64,000 nucleotides of DNA from Rhodospirillaceae bacterium (GCA_041905795.1 JAYRKL010000007.1:112572-176571); one strand, 5' to 3'; positions 30,152 to 39,400 are shown, counted from the first letter of the stretch. The notes: generated by a model from the letters alone, not told the origin. Numbers and translations are program-made.

Positions 30152-30239
30152 CAGGCGCGCCCAGCGGCCGCCAGCCCCGTTTGCCAAACCCCGCACATAG
30201 CATAAGGTGGCGCGGTCATTGGGGAATCACTCGCGCGCG

Positions 30240-31301
30240 ATGAAACTGTCAGCCGCCCTGTTTCCGATCTGCGGCGCGATGCTGTGCGCTGAAACCGCCC
30301 AGGCCGCGGACGCCATCACCCTGACCCTGGGCGGGCGCATCAAGGAGTTCTTCTCGGTCGCCGACCAGGACCAGGCGCCGGCCGAGGACCTCGCCGCCGC
30401 CGCCATGTTCAATGACGTGCGCATCTCGGTGGAGGGCAAGACCGCTCTCGACAACGGCATCAGCATCCGCAGTTACGTGCGCGCTTTCGCCGTGGGCCGC
30501 GAGGCCGTCGACGTCGACGAGGCTTATGTCGACGTGGTCACCACCTTCGGGCGGCTGCGCATGGGCGAGAAGGCCGGCGTCAACGCCTCCACCATCGGCG
30601 ATCCCATCCCCCAGGCATTTCTGACCGTGGACGACGAGCTGATCGGCGACGCGCTGAAAGCCCGCACCGGCCTCGTCTTGCGCGACGCCTTCACCTTCAA
30701 GCGCTTCACCGGCAACGCGCTGGGCGTGTCCTACCAGACGCCCGAGTTCCTTGGGCTGAAGGCCGGTGTCGCCTATCATCCCACCCCGACACCGGCCGTC
30801 GGCACCTTCGACCGCCGCTTCGGGCCCCATGACGCCATCGACGCCACCGTCGGCTATGAAGGCGACTTCACCGGCGGCACCTACCGCCTGGCCGGCGGCT
30901 ACTTCCACCTTGCCTCGCGCACCGGCGCCATCACCGCGGCCAGGGACGGCGTCGAAGCCTGGAACATGTCGGCCGGCGCCACCTACGGCGGCTGGGAAAT
31001 CGGCACCGGCTACATGCGTGTGACCCCGGAGAACGGCCTGACGGAGTCCGATTACATCGTCGGCTTGCTCTACGGCATCGGGCCGTTCCAGATCTCCGCC
31101 GACTACAGAGTGGCCAGCCGCAGGGCTTCGCTCGTGACCACGGCGCGCGAGCGCGCCGACCGCGGCACCCTGCAGGCGTCCTACAAGCTCGGGCCCGGCA
31201 TCGTCGTCGGCCTTGGCGGCTTCCATGTGACGCAGCGCGACACCACCGGCACCGCCTGGGAGTCCGGCGGCGTCCTCAGCGGATTGAAGATCGGGTTCTA
31301 G
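30240..31301 (+). CDS. Outer-membrane porin (general beta-barrel porin family)
   Basis: Signal peptide 'MKLSAALFPICGAMLCAETAQA', alternating beta-strand pattern and C-terminal 'GLKIGF'. Confidence 0.7.
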   Translation: MKLSAALFPICGAMLCAETAQAADAITLTLGGRIKEFFSVADQDQAPAEDLAAAAMFNDVRISVEGKTALDNGISIRSYVRAFAVGREAVDVDEAYVDVVTTFGRLRMGEKAGVNASTIGDPIPQAFLTVDDELIGDALKARTGLVLRDAFTFKRFTGNALGVSYQTPEFLGLKAGVAYHPTPTPAVGTFDRRFGPHDAIDATVGYEGDFTGGTYRLAGGYFHLASRTGAITAARDGVEAWNMSAGATYGGWEIGTGYMRVTPENGLTESDYIVGLLYGIGPFQISADYRVASRRASLVTTARERADRGTLQASYKLGPGIVVGLGGFHVTQRDTTGTAWESGGVLSGLKIGF

Positions 31302-31302
31302 C

Positions 31303-31878
31303 GTGGTCACCAAGGGCGCTCGGAAAAAAACCGCGAAGCGCCGCCCGCCGCTGGCGGAAGTCAGGATCGGCGGCGATATCGAGATCGCCACGCCGCTCCC
31401 GCCGGCGCGGAAAAAAAAGATCATCGGCTGGCGCGAATGGGCGCGGCTGCCGGACCTCGGCGTCGAACGCATCAAGGCCAAGATCGACACCGGCGCCCGG
31501 ACCTCGGCGCTGCATGCCTTCCGCATCACGCCGTTCAGCAAATACGGCGCGGCCTATGTGCGCTTCGTGCTGCATCCCATCCAGCGCAAGAAGACACCCG
31601 AGGTGCCCTGCGTGGCGCTGGTGATCGACTACCGCAAGGTCACGGATTCAGGCGGACGGGCCGAAGAACGCTATGTCATCCGCACCACCCTCAAGATCGG
31701 CAAGAGCCGCTGGCCGGTGGAACTCACCCTCACCAACCGCGACCAGATGGGGTTCCGCATGCTGATCGGCCGCCAAGCTTTGCGGCGGCGGTATGTGGTC
31801 GACCCGAGCCGGTCATTCGTGGCCGGCAAACCGAAGAAGAAAAAGCGCCCCAAGAAATCCATGGGCAAAAGCGCATAA
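31303..31878 (+). CDS. RimK-associated retropepsin-like protease (ATP-dependent zinc protease / DUF785 family, RimB-like)
   Basis: 'IKAKIDTGARTSALHA' aspartic-protease-like core and 'GFRMLIGRQAL'. Basic Lys/Arg-rich N- and C-termini. It lies upstream of rimK. Confidence 0.78.
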   Translation: MVTKGARKKTAKRRPPLAEVRIGGDIEIATPLPPARKKKIIGWREWARLPDLGVERIKAKIDTGARTSALHAFRITPFSKYGAAYVRFVLHPIQRKKTPEVPCVALVIDYRKVTDSGGRAEERYVIRTTLKIGKSRWPVELTLTNRDQMGFRMLIGRQALRRRYVVDPSRSFVAGKPKKKKRPKKSMGKSA

Positions 31879-31934
31879 GCGGGAATGAACTGACAGCCGG
31901 GTGCGGACCCCGAAATCGCTCCCCTGTGCACGCG

Positions 31935-31960
31935 CCCGGGTTAAGTCCCCGGGTTAAGTC
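31935..31960 (+). repeat. Perfect tandem 13-mer (CCCGGGTTAAGTC x2) in the spacer upstream of rimK
   Basis: Read directly: 31935-31947 and 31948-31960 are identical. Confidence 0.9.
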
Positions 31961-32108
31961 ATTGTGACTGTTTGACATCCACCAGAAACAGGGTTTGCTT
32001 CGACTCCAACCCACCCGGTAAAATAACGTCCCTCAGCGGACCTCAAGAGCCGCCCGTTTCCATCCTCATCACCCGGTTCTTTTTCCACGTAAGGTTCAGG
32101 CGGCGGAC

Positions 32109-33014
32109 ATGAAGCTCGCGATGTTGGCGCGCAATGCCGGTCTCTATTCCCACAAGCGCATCGTCGCCGCCGCCAAGGCGCGCGGCCACGACATCGACGT
32201 CATCGATACCCTGCGCTGCTACATGAACATCGCCGCCCACCGGCCCGAGGTGCGCTACAAGGGCCGCAGCCTGGAAGGTTACGACGCGGTGATTCCGCGT
32301 ATCGGCGCCTCGATCACGTTCTACGGCTCGGCGGTCTTGCGCCAGTTCGAGATGATGGGCGTCTATCCGCTCAATGAATCGGTGGCCATTTCCCGCTCGC
32401 GCGACAAACTGCGCTGCCTGCAACTCCTGTCGCGCAAAGGCATCGGCTTGCCGGTGACCGCTTTCGCCCACGCCACCAGCCAGGCCGATGACTTGATTGA
32501 TATGGTCGGCGGCACGCCGGTGGTGATCAAACTGTTGGAAGGCACCCAGGGCATCGGCGTGGTACTCGCCGAAACCCGGTCCTCGGCCAAGTCCATGATC
32601 GAGGCCTTCGGCGGCGTCGAAGCCAACATCCTGGTCCAGGAATTCATCAAGGAAGCCGAGGGCAGCGATATCCGCGCCTTTGTCATCGGCGGGCGGGTGG
32701 TGGCAGCCATGCAGCGCACCGGGGCCCCGGACGATTTCCGCTCCAACCTGCACCGGGGCGGCAAGGCGCTGGCGGTCAAGGTGACCCCGGAAGAACGCTC
32801 GACGGCGGTCCGGGCCGCCAAGATCATGGGACTCAATGTCTGCGGCGTGGACATGCTGCGCTCCAACCACGGCCCGGTGGTCATGGAGGTCAACTCGACC
32901 CCCGGCCTGGAAGGCATCGAGATCGCCACCGGCGTGGATATCGCCGGCCAGATCATCGAATTCCTGGAAAAGAACGCGGCGCCGGGAAAGACCAAGACCA
33001 AGGGCGAGGGTTAG
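32109..33014 (+). CDS. rimK: Ribosomal protein S6--L-glutamate ligase RimK (ATP-grasp)
   Basis: '[18 protein letters not shown]...', '[19 protein letters not shown]' and '[12 protein letters not shown]' are typical of RimK. Confidence 0.93.
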   Translation: MKLAMLARNAGLYSHKRIVAAAKARGHDIDVIDTLRCYMNIAAHRPEVRYKGRSLEGYDAVIPRIGASITFYGSAVLRQFEMMGVYPLNESVAISRSRDKLRCLQLLSRKGIGLPVTAFAHATSQADDLIDMVGGTPVVIKLLEGTQGIGVVLAETRSSAKSMIEAFGGVEANILVQEFIKEAEGSDIRAFVIGGRVVAAMQRTGAPDDFRSNLHRGGKALAVKVTPEERSTAVRAAKIMGLNVCGVDMLRSNHGPVVMEVNSTPGLEGIEIATGVDIAGQIIEFLEKNAAPGKTKTKGEG

Positions 33015-33110
33015 GGCATTTCAGGCCCGGCGACCCGGGGCCTGGGCCGGCAAAAGATCGAGTCGCCGCCGGGGAAACACGCGGAAAATTTGCCCGTCAC
33101 AACCCTGTAA

Positions 33111-33135
33111 CTGGCCGCAGGGCCAGGGCTTTTTT
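33111..33135 (+). terminator. Putative intrinsic terminator downstream of rimK
   Basis: CTGGCC-GCAG-GGCCAG hairpin followed by GGCTTTTTT. Confidence 0.55.
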
Positions 33136-33291
33136 ACAACAATTCAGGGCCGAAACGAGCCGATGTGTGGGGTTAATGTCACAATCGGTTCGATTCCAGG
33201 ACCGGTCCGGCCCGGCTTATTGATTCCCCCAACCCGGGGTGCAATTTAGCCGACAGAGAGACTTAAGAGAGTTCCGCGTTTCCGAGTGATC

Positions 33292-34050
33292 ATGCGCTTC
33301 GCCGTCCCATATCTTCGCTCAAGCCTCCGGGCCATTGCCGCCGTCACGGCTATGGTTGCCTGTGGCGTGGTTGCGAGCGGCGGGGCGGCTGCCGCCGAAA
33401 CACCGGCGGTGCAGACCGCGCCTGCGGCGCCTGCCTCTTCCCTGTTCGTCAGTTCGGTCGACGCGTTGACCTTCGGGATCACGCCGGCCTACAGCCTGTT
33501 CGGCACGACGCTCCAGTCCTCCCCCGCCCGCGTGGGTGCGGGCGGTCTCGGCATCGCCGACGCCTTCAACGTCAGCAGCGAATTCAACACCGCCGTCAGC
33601 GGCGGCACCGTGGGCCTGTTCGGCGACGTGGCCGAGCGTCCTTCGCTGTTCGCGCTGACCCCGGCCACCGCCTGGAACATGGGCGGTTCGCTGGGTTACG
33701 CCGGCTTCTATCTGCGCGCCGGCGTGTCCGGCACCCCGCAGCTCGGTCCGTTCCAGCGGACCCAGGGTTGGCAGGCCGGCCTCGGTTTCGCCAGCGGCGG
33801 GTTCGACGTGCGCCTGATGTTCCTCACCGCCCAGACCGGCAACTTTTCCTCGGGCGAGACCGAGATGGACAGCCAGCGCTGGATGGTCGGCGGCATCTAT
33901 CGCCTGAGTTCATCGCTGCGCCTGAACGCGGACGCGTTCTACGGCCTGCGTGACAGCCGCAACGGCACCTTCTTCACGCCGCAGCCGGCGGCCGGCACCC
34001 AGCCGCCCCAGGGCACCGGCGCCCGCGTCGGCGTCCAGCTGCGCTTCTAA
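33292..34050 (+). CDS. Putative outer-membrane beta-barrel protein
   Basis: Signal peptide ending 'GGAAAAE', Gly/aromatic-rich alternating pattern and terminal 'VGVQLRF'. The start is ATG 33292 or GTG 33286. Confidence 0.6.
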   Translation: MRFAVPYLRSSLRAIAAVTAMVACGVVASGGAAAAETPAVQTAPAAPASSLFVSSVDALTFGITPAYSLFGTTLQSSPARVGAGGLGIADAFNVSSEFNTAVSGGTVGLFGDVAERPSLFALTPATAWNMGGSLGYAGFYLRAGVSGTPQLGPFQRTQGWQAGLGFASGGFDVRLMFLTAQTGNFSSGETEMDSQRWMVGGIYRLSSSLRLNADAFYGLRDSRNGTFFTPQPAAGTQPPQGTGARVGVQLRF

Positions 34051-34598
34051 TTTCCTAAAGCGAAACCAATCCCCGCGACGCCCGCGAATCCGCGGCGTTT
34101 GAGTGCGCGCAAGGTCTTCGGGCCGACGCCGCCCAAGGCAACAACCGGTATGCGCACCGACCGGATCATCAGCGCGGCGCGCGTTGCGCCGAGAGCCTTA
34201 CGATCCGGATGGCTGGCCGTGGGATTGATGGGCGACAACAAAGCGGCGTCGGCTTTCATCGCCCGCGCGCGCGCCAGCGACCTTGGCCCGTGCGCCGCCA
34301 TGGTCAGCATCCGCCCGCGTTTGCGCCAGAGCCGAGCGCCGGGCGCCGGTGTCTGGTGCTGCGGCAGATGCAAGCCCGCGGCGCCGGTGGCCGCGGCCAG
34401 GCGCCAGTTTCCGGCGATCACCAGGAACAGGCCCAGCCGCCGGCAGGCTTGCGCCATCTTCATCGCCAGCGGCGTGCGGTCGCCGGCTCCGTAGTGCCGC
34501 AGGATCACCGCCGCGCCGCGCGGCAGGCGCGCCAGCACCGGCACCGGGTCCGCAAGGCGCGTCTCGTCGGTCATCCACCAGAGTCTCGGCAGCCTCAT
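34047..34598 (-). CDS. Thiamine phosphate synthase (ThiE)-like family protein
   Basis: 'LWWMTDETR', 'AVILRHYG', 'GLHLPQH' and 'VVALGGV' are TMP-synthase-like motifs. Start set at the internal ATG (MRLPRLW). Confidence 0.72.
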   Translation of the reverse strand: MRLPRLWWMTDETRLADPVPVLARLPRGAAVILRHYGAGDRTPLAMKMAQACRRLGLFLVIAGNWRLAAATGAAGLHLPQHQTPAPGARLWRKRGRMLTMAAHGPRSLARARAMKADAALLSPINPTASHPDRKALGATRAALMIRSVRIPVVALGGVGPKTLRALKRRGFAGVAGIGFALGN

Positions 34599-34654
34599 GC
34601 GCCTGTTATACACGCGAATTGCCAAGGGTATCGAACCCGGATAAGTCCAAGGCC

Positions 34655-35323
34655 ATGACCGATGCTTCCATTCCCGGCGCACTGTCCGGTGTCCGCTCAC
34701 GGATCGCCGCCGCCGCCAGATCCTGCGGCCGCGATCCCGCGTCGGTGCATCTGATCGCCGTCAGCAAAACCCACGGCGCCGATAAGATCGCGCCCGCCCT
34801 GGCCGCCGGCCAGCGCGACTTCGGCGAAAACCGGGTGCAGGAAGCCGAAGGCAAATGGCCCGATCTGAAAGCCGCGCATCCGGCGACATTGCATTTGATC
34901 GGGCCGCTGCAGACCAACAAGGTCCGTGACGCGGTCGCGCTGTTCGATGTGATCCACACCCTGGACCGCCCGCGCCTTGCCGAGAAACTCGCGGCGGAGA
35001 TGCAGGCGCAAGACCGGCGCATCCCCTGCTTCGTGCAGGTGAACACTGGGCGCGAGGAACAGAAAGCCGGTGTCGACCCCGCCGATGCCGACGCCTTCGT
35101 CACGGCCTGCCGCGAGCGATGGCGCATTCCGGTGGCCGGGCTGATGTGCATCCCGCCGGTGAACGAGGAGCCGGCGCTGCATTTCGCGTTCCTGCGCGAA
35201 ATCGCCAAACGCAACGGGCTCGCACAGCTCAGCATGGGCATGAGCGATGATTTCGAGATCGCCATCGCGCTGGGGGCCACGCATATCCGCGTCGGCAGCG
35301 CCATCTTCGGCGCGCGTGCCTAG
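34655..35323 (+). CDS. yggS: YggS family pyridoxal-phosphate homeostasis protein
   Basis: 'LIAVSKTHG', 'FGENRVQE' and 'LHLIGPLQTNKV' motifs. Start set at the ATG for MTDASIP; the track ORF is an extended artefact. Confidence 0.9.
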   Translation: MTDASIPGALSGVRSRIAAAARSCGRDPASVHLIAVSKTHGADKIAPALAAGQRDFGENRVQEAEGKWPDLKAAHPATLHLIGPLQTNKVRDAVALFDVIHTLDRPRLAEKLAAEMQAQDRRIPCFVQVNTGREEQKAGVDPADADAFVTACRERWRIPVAGLMCIPPVNEEPALHFAFLREIAKRNGLAQLSMGMSDDFEIAIALGATHIRVGSAIFGARA

Positions 35324-35427
35324 AGCATTTTCCGATGAAGTGGATGCCGGTTCATCGCAGAAAATGCGACCAAACCAAAAAGACTAGAGCATGATCGCGA
35401 TTCAATATGACTCGATCATGCTCTAGA
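35323..35427 (-). repeat. Two-hairpin intergenic repeat element, diverged inverted copy 3
   Basis: The reverse complement aligns by eye with copies 1 and 2, sharing TCTTT..GTTTGGTCGCAT..GAACCGG..TCCACTTC..ATGCTC. Hairpin 1 has a different stem (CTAGAGCATGATCG/CGATCATGCTCTAG) but a similar TTGAATCG loop. It spans the stops of convergent yggS and the L,D-transpeptidase gene. Confidence 0.75.
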
Positions 35428-35944
35428 CTGTTTTGATTTCGATGATGCTGCCGGGATCCAGCGCGCGCAGGATGGCCACTAAGTATTCGCTCTTGATGGC
35501 GACGCAGCCGGCGGTGGCGCCGCCGTCCGGCGCCCGCACATGCAGGAACACGGCGCTGCCCAATCCCGGAATCACCGGATTGTCGTTGTGGCCCAGGACC
35601 ACGATCAGGTCGTAGAGATTGTCTTCGCGCCACAGCTCCTCGTGGCTGGCCGCGAACGGCAGCTTGACCTGCTGATTGTATTTCGGATGCGCCATGTCGT
35701 CGCACCAGCCGTCATCCTTGGCGATGGCGGTCACGGGCAGCTTGGTGACGGGGAGTTGCAAGCGATCGGCGCGATATAACAGACGCCGCAACTGAAAGCG
35801 GCCCGTGGGCGTGGCGCCGTCGCCTTCGTGTTTGTCACGGCTGAGGCCGGAGCGCCCGACGCTGCACGGCACCGTCAGGCCCTCGCAGCGCAAGGTGCCG
35901 TGGATATTTCCGGGCTGGCCTTCAACGATGATGTCGATGCTCAT
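35423..35944 (-). CDS. L,D-transpeptidase (YkuD) family protein
   Basis: 'GSAVFLHVRAPDGGATAGCVAI' catalytic His...Cys motif. Confidence 0.85.
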   Translation of the reverse strand: MSIDIIVEGQPGNIHGTLRCEGLTVPCSVGRSGLSRDKHEGDGATPTGRFQLRRLLYRADRLQLPVTKLPVTAIAKDDGWCDDMAHPKYNQQVKLPFAASHEELWREDNLYDLIVVLGHNDNPVIPGLGSAVFLHVRAPDGGATAGCVAIKSEYLVAILRALDPGSIIEIKTV

Positions 35945-35954
35945 GCACCAAAGT

Positions 35955-36239
35955 TTAGCGCTTTTGCGGGCCGAGCGGATGCTTTGTTCCGGCGCCCAGG
36001 GCCTCCACCGGTTTGGCTTCGGCCGGGCCCATGGCAGACGCGCGATTGAGCGGCAGGAAGCGCGGTTCCTTGGTCATGGATTTGAACCCGTCACCGGCCG
36101 GGGTCATCTTGGGACCCGGACGTAAGCCTTCCTTCAGCTCCTGATTCACCAGGGCGCCGAAACTGGCGTCGTTGAGGGTCTTCTCGGGCGCTTTGGCCCG
36201 GGGAAGGGGTGTCGCGGATGTGACGGGATCGACCGGCAT
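35955..36239 (-). CDS. Small Pro/Lys/Ala-rich hypothetical protein (94 aa)
   Basis: ATG (MPVDPVTS) preceded by GGGAAGA, with strongly GC-biased third codon positions. No family recognised. The longer 132-aa version would overlap ribA. Confidence 0.4.
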   Translation of the reverse strand: MPVDPVTSATPLPRAKAPEKTLNDASFGALVNQELKEGLRPGPKMTPAGDGFKSMTKEPRFLPLNRASAMGPAEAKPVEALGAGTKHPLGPQKR

Positions 36240-36294
36240 GGACCGATCTTCCCGCGCCGGTCTTAAAGAAACTTTTAAGGCCGGCAGGAAGCTT

Positions 36295-37458
36295 TTACAG
36301 CAGGTGCCCGGACCGCTTGGCCTTGGTCTGGAGATAGGTCCAGTTGTGTTCATTGGACGGGAAGCTGTGCGGGACCCGTTCCGTCACCTCGACGCCGTGG
36401 CGCGCCAACGCGCCCACCTTGGCCGGATTGTTGGTGAGCAGCCGCACCTTGGCGAACCCCAGGGATTTCAGCATGCGCACGGCCGGCTGGTAGACACGTT
36501 CGTCGTCGTCGTAGCCCAACTGCTCGTTGGCATCGACGGTGTCGAAGCCTTTGTCCTGCAGGCCATAGGCGCGCAGCTTGTTGACTAGGCCGATGCCGCG
36601 TCCTTCCTGGGCGAGATACAGCAGGACGCCGCTGCCGTGTTTGGCCAGGGCGTCGACGGCGCCGCGCAATTGATCGCCGCAGTCGCAGCGCAAGGATCCC
36701 AGGAGATCGCCGGTCAGGCATTCGGAGTGCAGCCGCACCAATACCGGTTGCGATGCGTCCGGTTGGCCGACGATCACCGCGATATGTTCGGCGCCGCCGT
36801 CCTCGGGGCGGAAGGTGATGACGCGGGTGTCGCGGGCGCCGGCCAAGGGCACGCGGGCTTCGCTGACGGGTTTCAACGCACAGGCCGAACGGCTGTCGTA
36901 CTGTTCGATGTCGGAGGTGGCGGCCACCACGCGATCGTGGGCCGCCGCCCAGGCCAGGGCGTCCTCGCCCAAAGGTGTCATGATCGCGGCCGGCAACAGC
37001 CGCGCGATCTTGGCCAGGCGGATGGCGGCGTTGGCCGGGCTGTAGTCGGCGACGGTGGCGGCGCTCACGCCCGCCGGCGGCAGGCTTTGGGATTCAGCCT
37101 GCGGATCGATCAGCGGGCGCAGGCGCTCGGGCGTCAGGTCGCCGGCGATGTTCAACTGCACCGCCCGGGCGGCAGGATCGGACAGGCCCAGGATCGACGC
37201 GCGCCGGCCGGTGACAATCAGCGATACCGGGCCGGGAAGCTCGCGGAATAGCGGCAACGGCCAGCCCGCGACGGTTTCCGCCGCGCGCACCAGGATGGCG
37301 CTCTTGTTTTGACCGGCGCTGGTTTGCGGCGCGGTGATCACCACCGCGCCGCCGCGGCGCAGGTCGGCGACCGCGCGCTCCACCGCTTCACGGGACCGGC
37401 TGTCGTCGGGAGCCGGAACGTCCTGTGGCCTTGCCTGGTGTGACATGTGCTGTGACAT
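36295..37458 (-). CDS. ribA: GTP cyclohydrolase II with a RibB-like N-terminal region
   Basis: 'VRLHSECLTGDLLGSLRCDCGDQL' zinc/GTP motif and 'QEGRGIGLVNKLRAYGLQDKGFDTVDAN'. The start is ambiguous (37458 or 37446). Confidence 0.85.
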   Translation of the reverse strand: MSQHMSHQARPQDVPAPDDSRSREAVERAVADLRRGGAVVITAPQTSAGQNKSAILVRAAETVAGWPLPLFRELPGPVSLIVTGRRASILGLSDPAARAVQLNIAGDLTPERLRPLIDPQAESQSLPPAGVSAATVADYSPANAAIRLAKIARLLPAAIMTPLGEDALAWAAAHDRVVAATSDIEQYDSRSACALKPVSEARVPLAGARDTRVITFRPEDGGAEHIAVIVGQPDASQPVLVRLHSECLTGDLLGSLRCDCGDQLRGAVDALAKHGSGVLLYLAQEGRGIGLVNKLRAYGLQDKGFDTVDANEQLGYDDDERVYQPAVRMLKSLGFAKVRLLTNNPAKVGALARHGVEVTERVPHSFPSNEHNWTYLQTKAKRSGHLL

Positions 37459-37664
37459 GGCGCTTATATAGCCCTGAGCCCTCCGGGTCGCCACGGGCGA
37501 AGATGTCGGCCAAGCCCGTAACCGGCGGGCACCCGTTTATTTAGAAGCTGTCAGCTTCCGCCAACCATCCTGAAAACCGTCATAATCGACAGTATATTAT
37601 CACGAGATTGCCACGGTTTCCCGGCGCCTTGGTTAGGGGCGGGGCCCATAGAAGGAGATTGACG

Positions 37665-38357
37665 GTGTCCTCGACCCGCACCCTTTTGATTGTCGATGAC
37701 GACGACCTGCTGCGCCGGGCCCTGGCCGAGCAGTTGATGGCCCAAGGCGAGTTCCAGGCGATCGATGAGGCCGCCGACGGCCTGTCGGCCCTGGCCAAAT
37801 CCAAGGCCAAGGTGTTCGACATCATCCTGCTCGACATCGGCTTGCCCGACATGGACGGCCGCGACGTCTGCCGCCAGATGCGCGCGCAGGGCGTGCGCTC
37901 GCCGATTATCATGCTGACGGCGGCGGATTCCGACGACGACACCATCACCGGCCTCAACGCCGGCGCCAACGACTACGTCACCAAGCCGTTCCGCATGGCG
38001 GTGCTGCTGGCGCGGGTGCGCGCGCACCTCCGGCAGCACGACCAGTCCGACGACGCCATCTTCGCCATCGGTCCTTACAAGTTCCAGCCGGCGGCCAAGA
38101 TGCTCATGACCAACGAGGGCCAGCGCAAGATCCGGCTCACCGAAAAGGAAGCCGCGATCCTCAAGTACCTCTACCGCGTCGGCAATAAAACGGTCTCGCG
38201 CGAGACTCTGCTGGGCGAAGTGTGGGGCTACAACGCCGGTGTCACCACCCATACGCTGGAAACCCACATCTACCGCCTGCGCCAGAAGATCGAAGCCGAC
38301 CCCGCCCAGGTGCGCCTGTTGATCACCGAGCCGGGTGGATACCGCCTGAGCGCCTAA
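37665..38357 (+). CDS. OmpR/PhoB-family response regulator (no adjacent histidine kinase)
   Basis: Receiver domain 'LLIVDDDD...DIILLDIGLPDMDG...MLTA...YVTKPF' plus a winged-helix C-terminal domain 'LTEKEAAILKYL...THIYRLRQKI'. GTG start 7 nt after GAAGGAG. Confidence 0.9.
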   Translation: MSSTRTLLIVDDDDLLRRALAEQLMAQGEFQAIDEAADGLSALAKSKAKVFDIILLDIGLPDMDGRDVCRQMRAQGVRSPIIMLTAADSDDDTITGLNAGANDYVTKPFRMAVLLARVRAHLRQHDQSDDAIFAIGPYKFQPAAKMLMTNEGQRKIRLTEKEAAILKYLYRVGNKTVSRETLLGEVWGYNAGVTTHTLETHIYRLRQKIEADPAQVRLLITEPGGYRLSA

Positions 38358-38509
38358 TATGGGTTCACACGGCGCCCTTCATCTGACGCTGGTGCTGGCC
38401 CTCGTGATCGCGACGTTGTTCTGGCTGCGGCCCCGCTAAGGACCACACAAACAAAAACGCCGCCGTGAAAACTCACGGCGGCGTTTTGCATTTCGGTCTC
38501 TCGTAAACG

Positions 38510-38971
38510 CTACTCGCGCTTGGAGATATTGCCGAGAAGCTCGAGCACATTGCGGCGCAGGTCCGCGTTGTGCAGGCGCCAGTAGGCGCGCACGAGTTCC
38601 AGGGTTTCGGTGCGCTGCATCGGGTCGGCGTCCGGGCCCAGGGCTTCCTCTTCCGCCGCCGTCTCGCCGCTGCGGGCGGCGGGCGTGGTGCGGTCGCCGG
38701 TGGTCTCCGGTCCGATGTCCTCGAAGAAATAGGCGATCGGGCAATTCAGCACGCGAGAGATGTCGAACAGCCGGCTCGCGCTGACGCGGTTATGGCCGCT
38801 CTCGTATTTCTGCACCTGCTGGAAGGTCACGCCGATATCGCCGGCCAACTGCTCCTGGCTGATATGGAGCAGGGTCCGCCGCAGCTTGATCCGCTTGCCG
38901 ACATGGATGTCGATCGGGTCCGGGCCGCCGCCGCGTGTGCCGGGCTGGCGGCCTCTACCGCGGGCTTTCAT
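38510..38971 (-). CDS. XRE-family helix-turn-helix transcriptional regulator
   Basis: 'ISQEQLAGDIGVTFQQVQKYESGHNRVSASRL' HTH_3 pattern. Start at the ATG for MKARGRG. Confidence 0.85.
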   Translation of the reverse strand: MKARGRGRQPGTRGGGPDPIDIHVGKRIKLRRTLLHISQEQLAGDIGVTFQQVQKYESGHNRVSASRLFDISRVLNCPIAYFFEDIGPETTGDRTTPAARSGETAAEEEALGPDADPMQRTETLELVRAYWRLHNADLRRNVLELLGNISKRE

Positions 38972-39400
38972 TGATACGACTGTCAACTCTATTACCCATT
39001 TTTGTGTGTTGTTGTAATTTAGTGTCAGTAGGGAATCTATGTTGCGACGGTGGGCAACATTTGCAGCGAGTCTAGTCCAAAACACCCGTTTTGTCGCGCG
39101 AACAAGCCTAATCTAACAGCTTAGTGATGCAAGCAAGCGACGGTTACCCGAGATGATTGCGCAAGTCGTTGCGACCGCAACCGCTTCCATGGGCTCGGCG
39201 CCAACCGTCCCGCATAGGTCTCACGGCACCATAGACAATCACTCAACCGTGCCAAGAATAAGGCAATCGCGACGCGGGGGATTTGATCTGGCTCAATATC
39301 GTTTCGCGGCCCGCTTGCTACCAGCTAACGGCCAGCTTTCGGCCCCCGCCGCCGGCTCATCGACAAACGCCCTGAAATCACACGAGGAATGAGAACGCCC

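Noticed and set aside
28511-30196. 561-aa ORF on the minus strand, antisense to the OprO/P porin gene.
   Set aside because: Its Gly/Arg/Ala-rich low-complexity translation is typical of stop-free antisense frames in high-GC DNA. The plus-strand frame has a clear porin signature with signal peptide and terminal Phe.
33187-33197. GGTTCGATTCC, a tRNA T-loop-like motif downstream of rimK.
   Set aside because: The flanking bases (ATCGG / CCAGG) cannot form a T-stem, and no acceptor or anticodon arm can be drawn. I do not consider it a tRNA or a convincing tRNA fragment.
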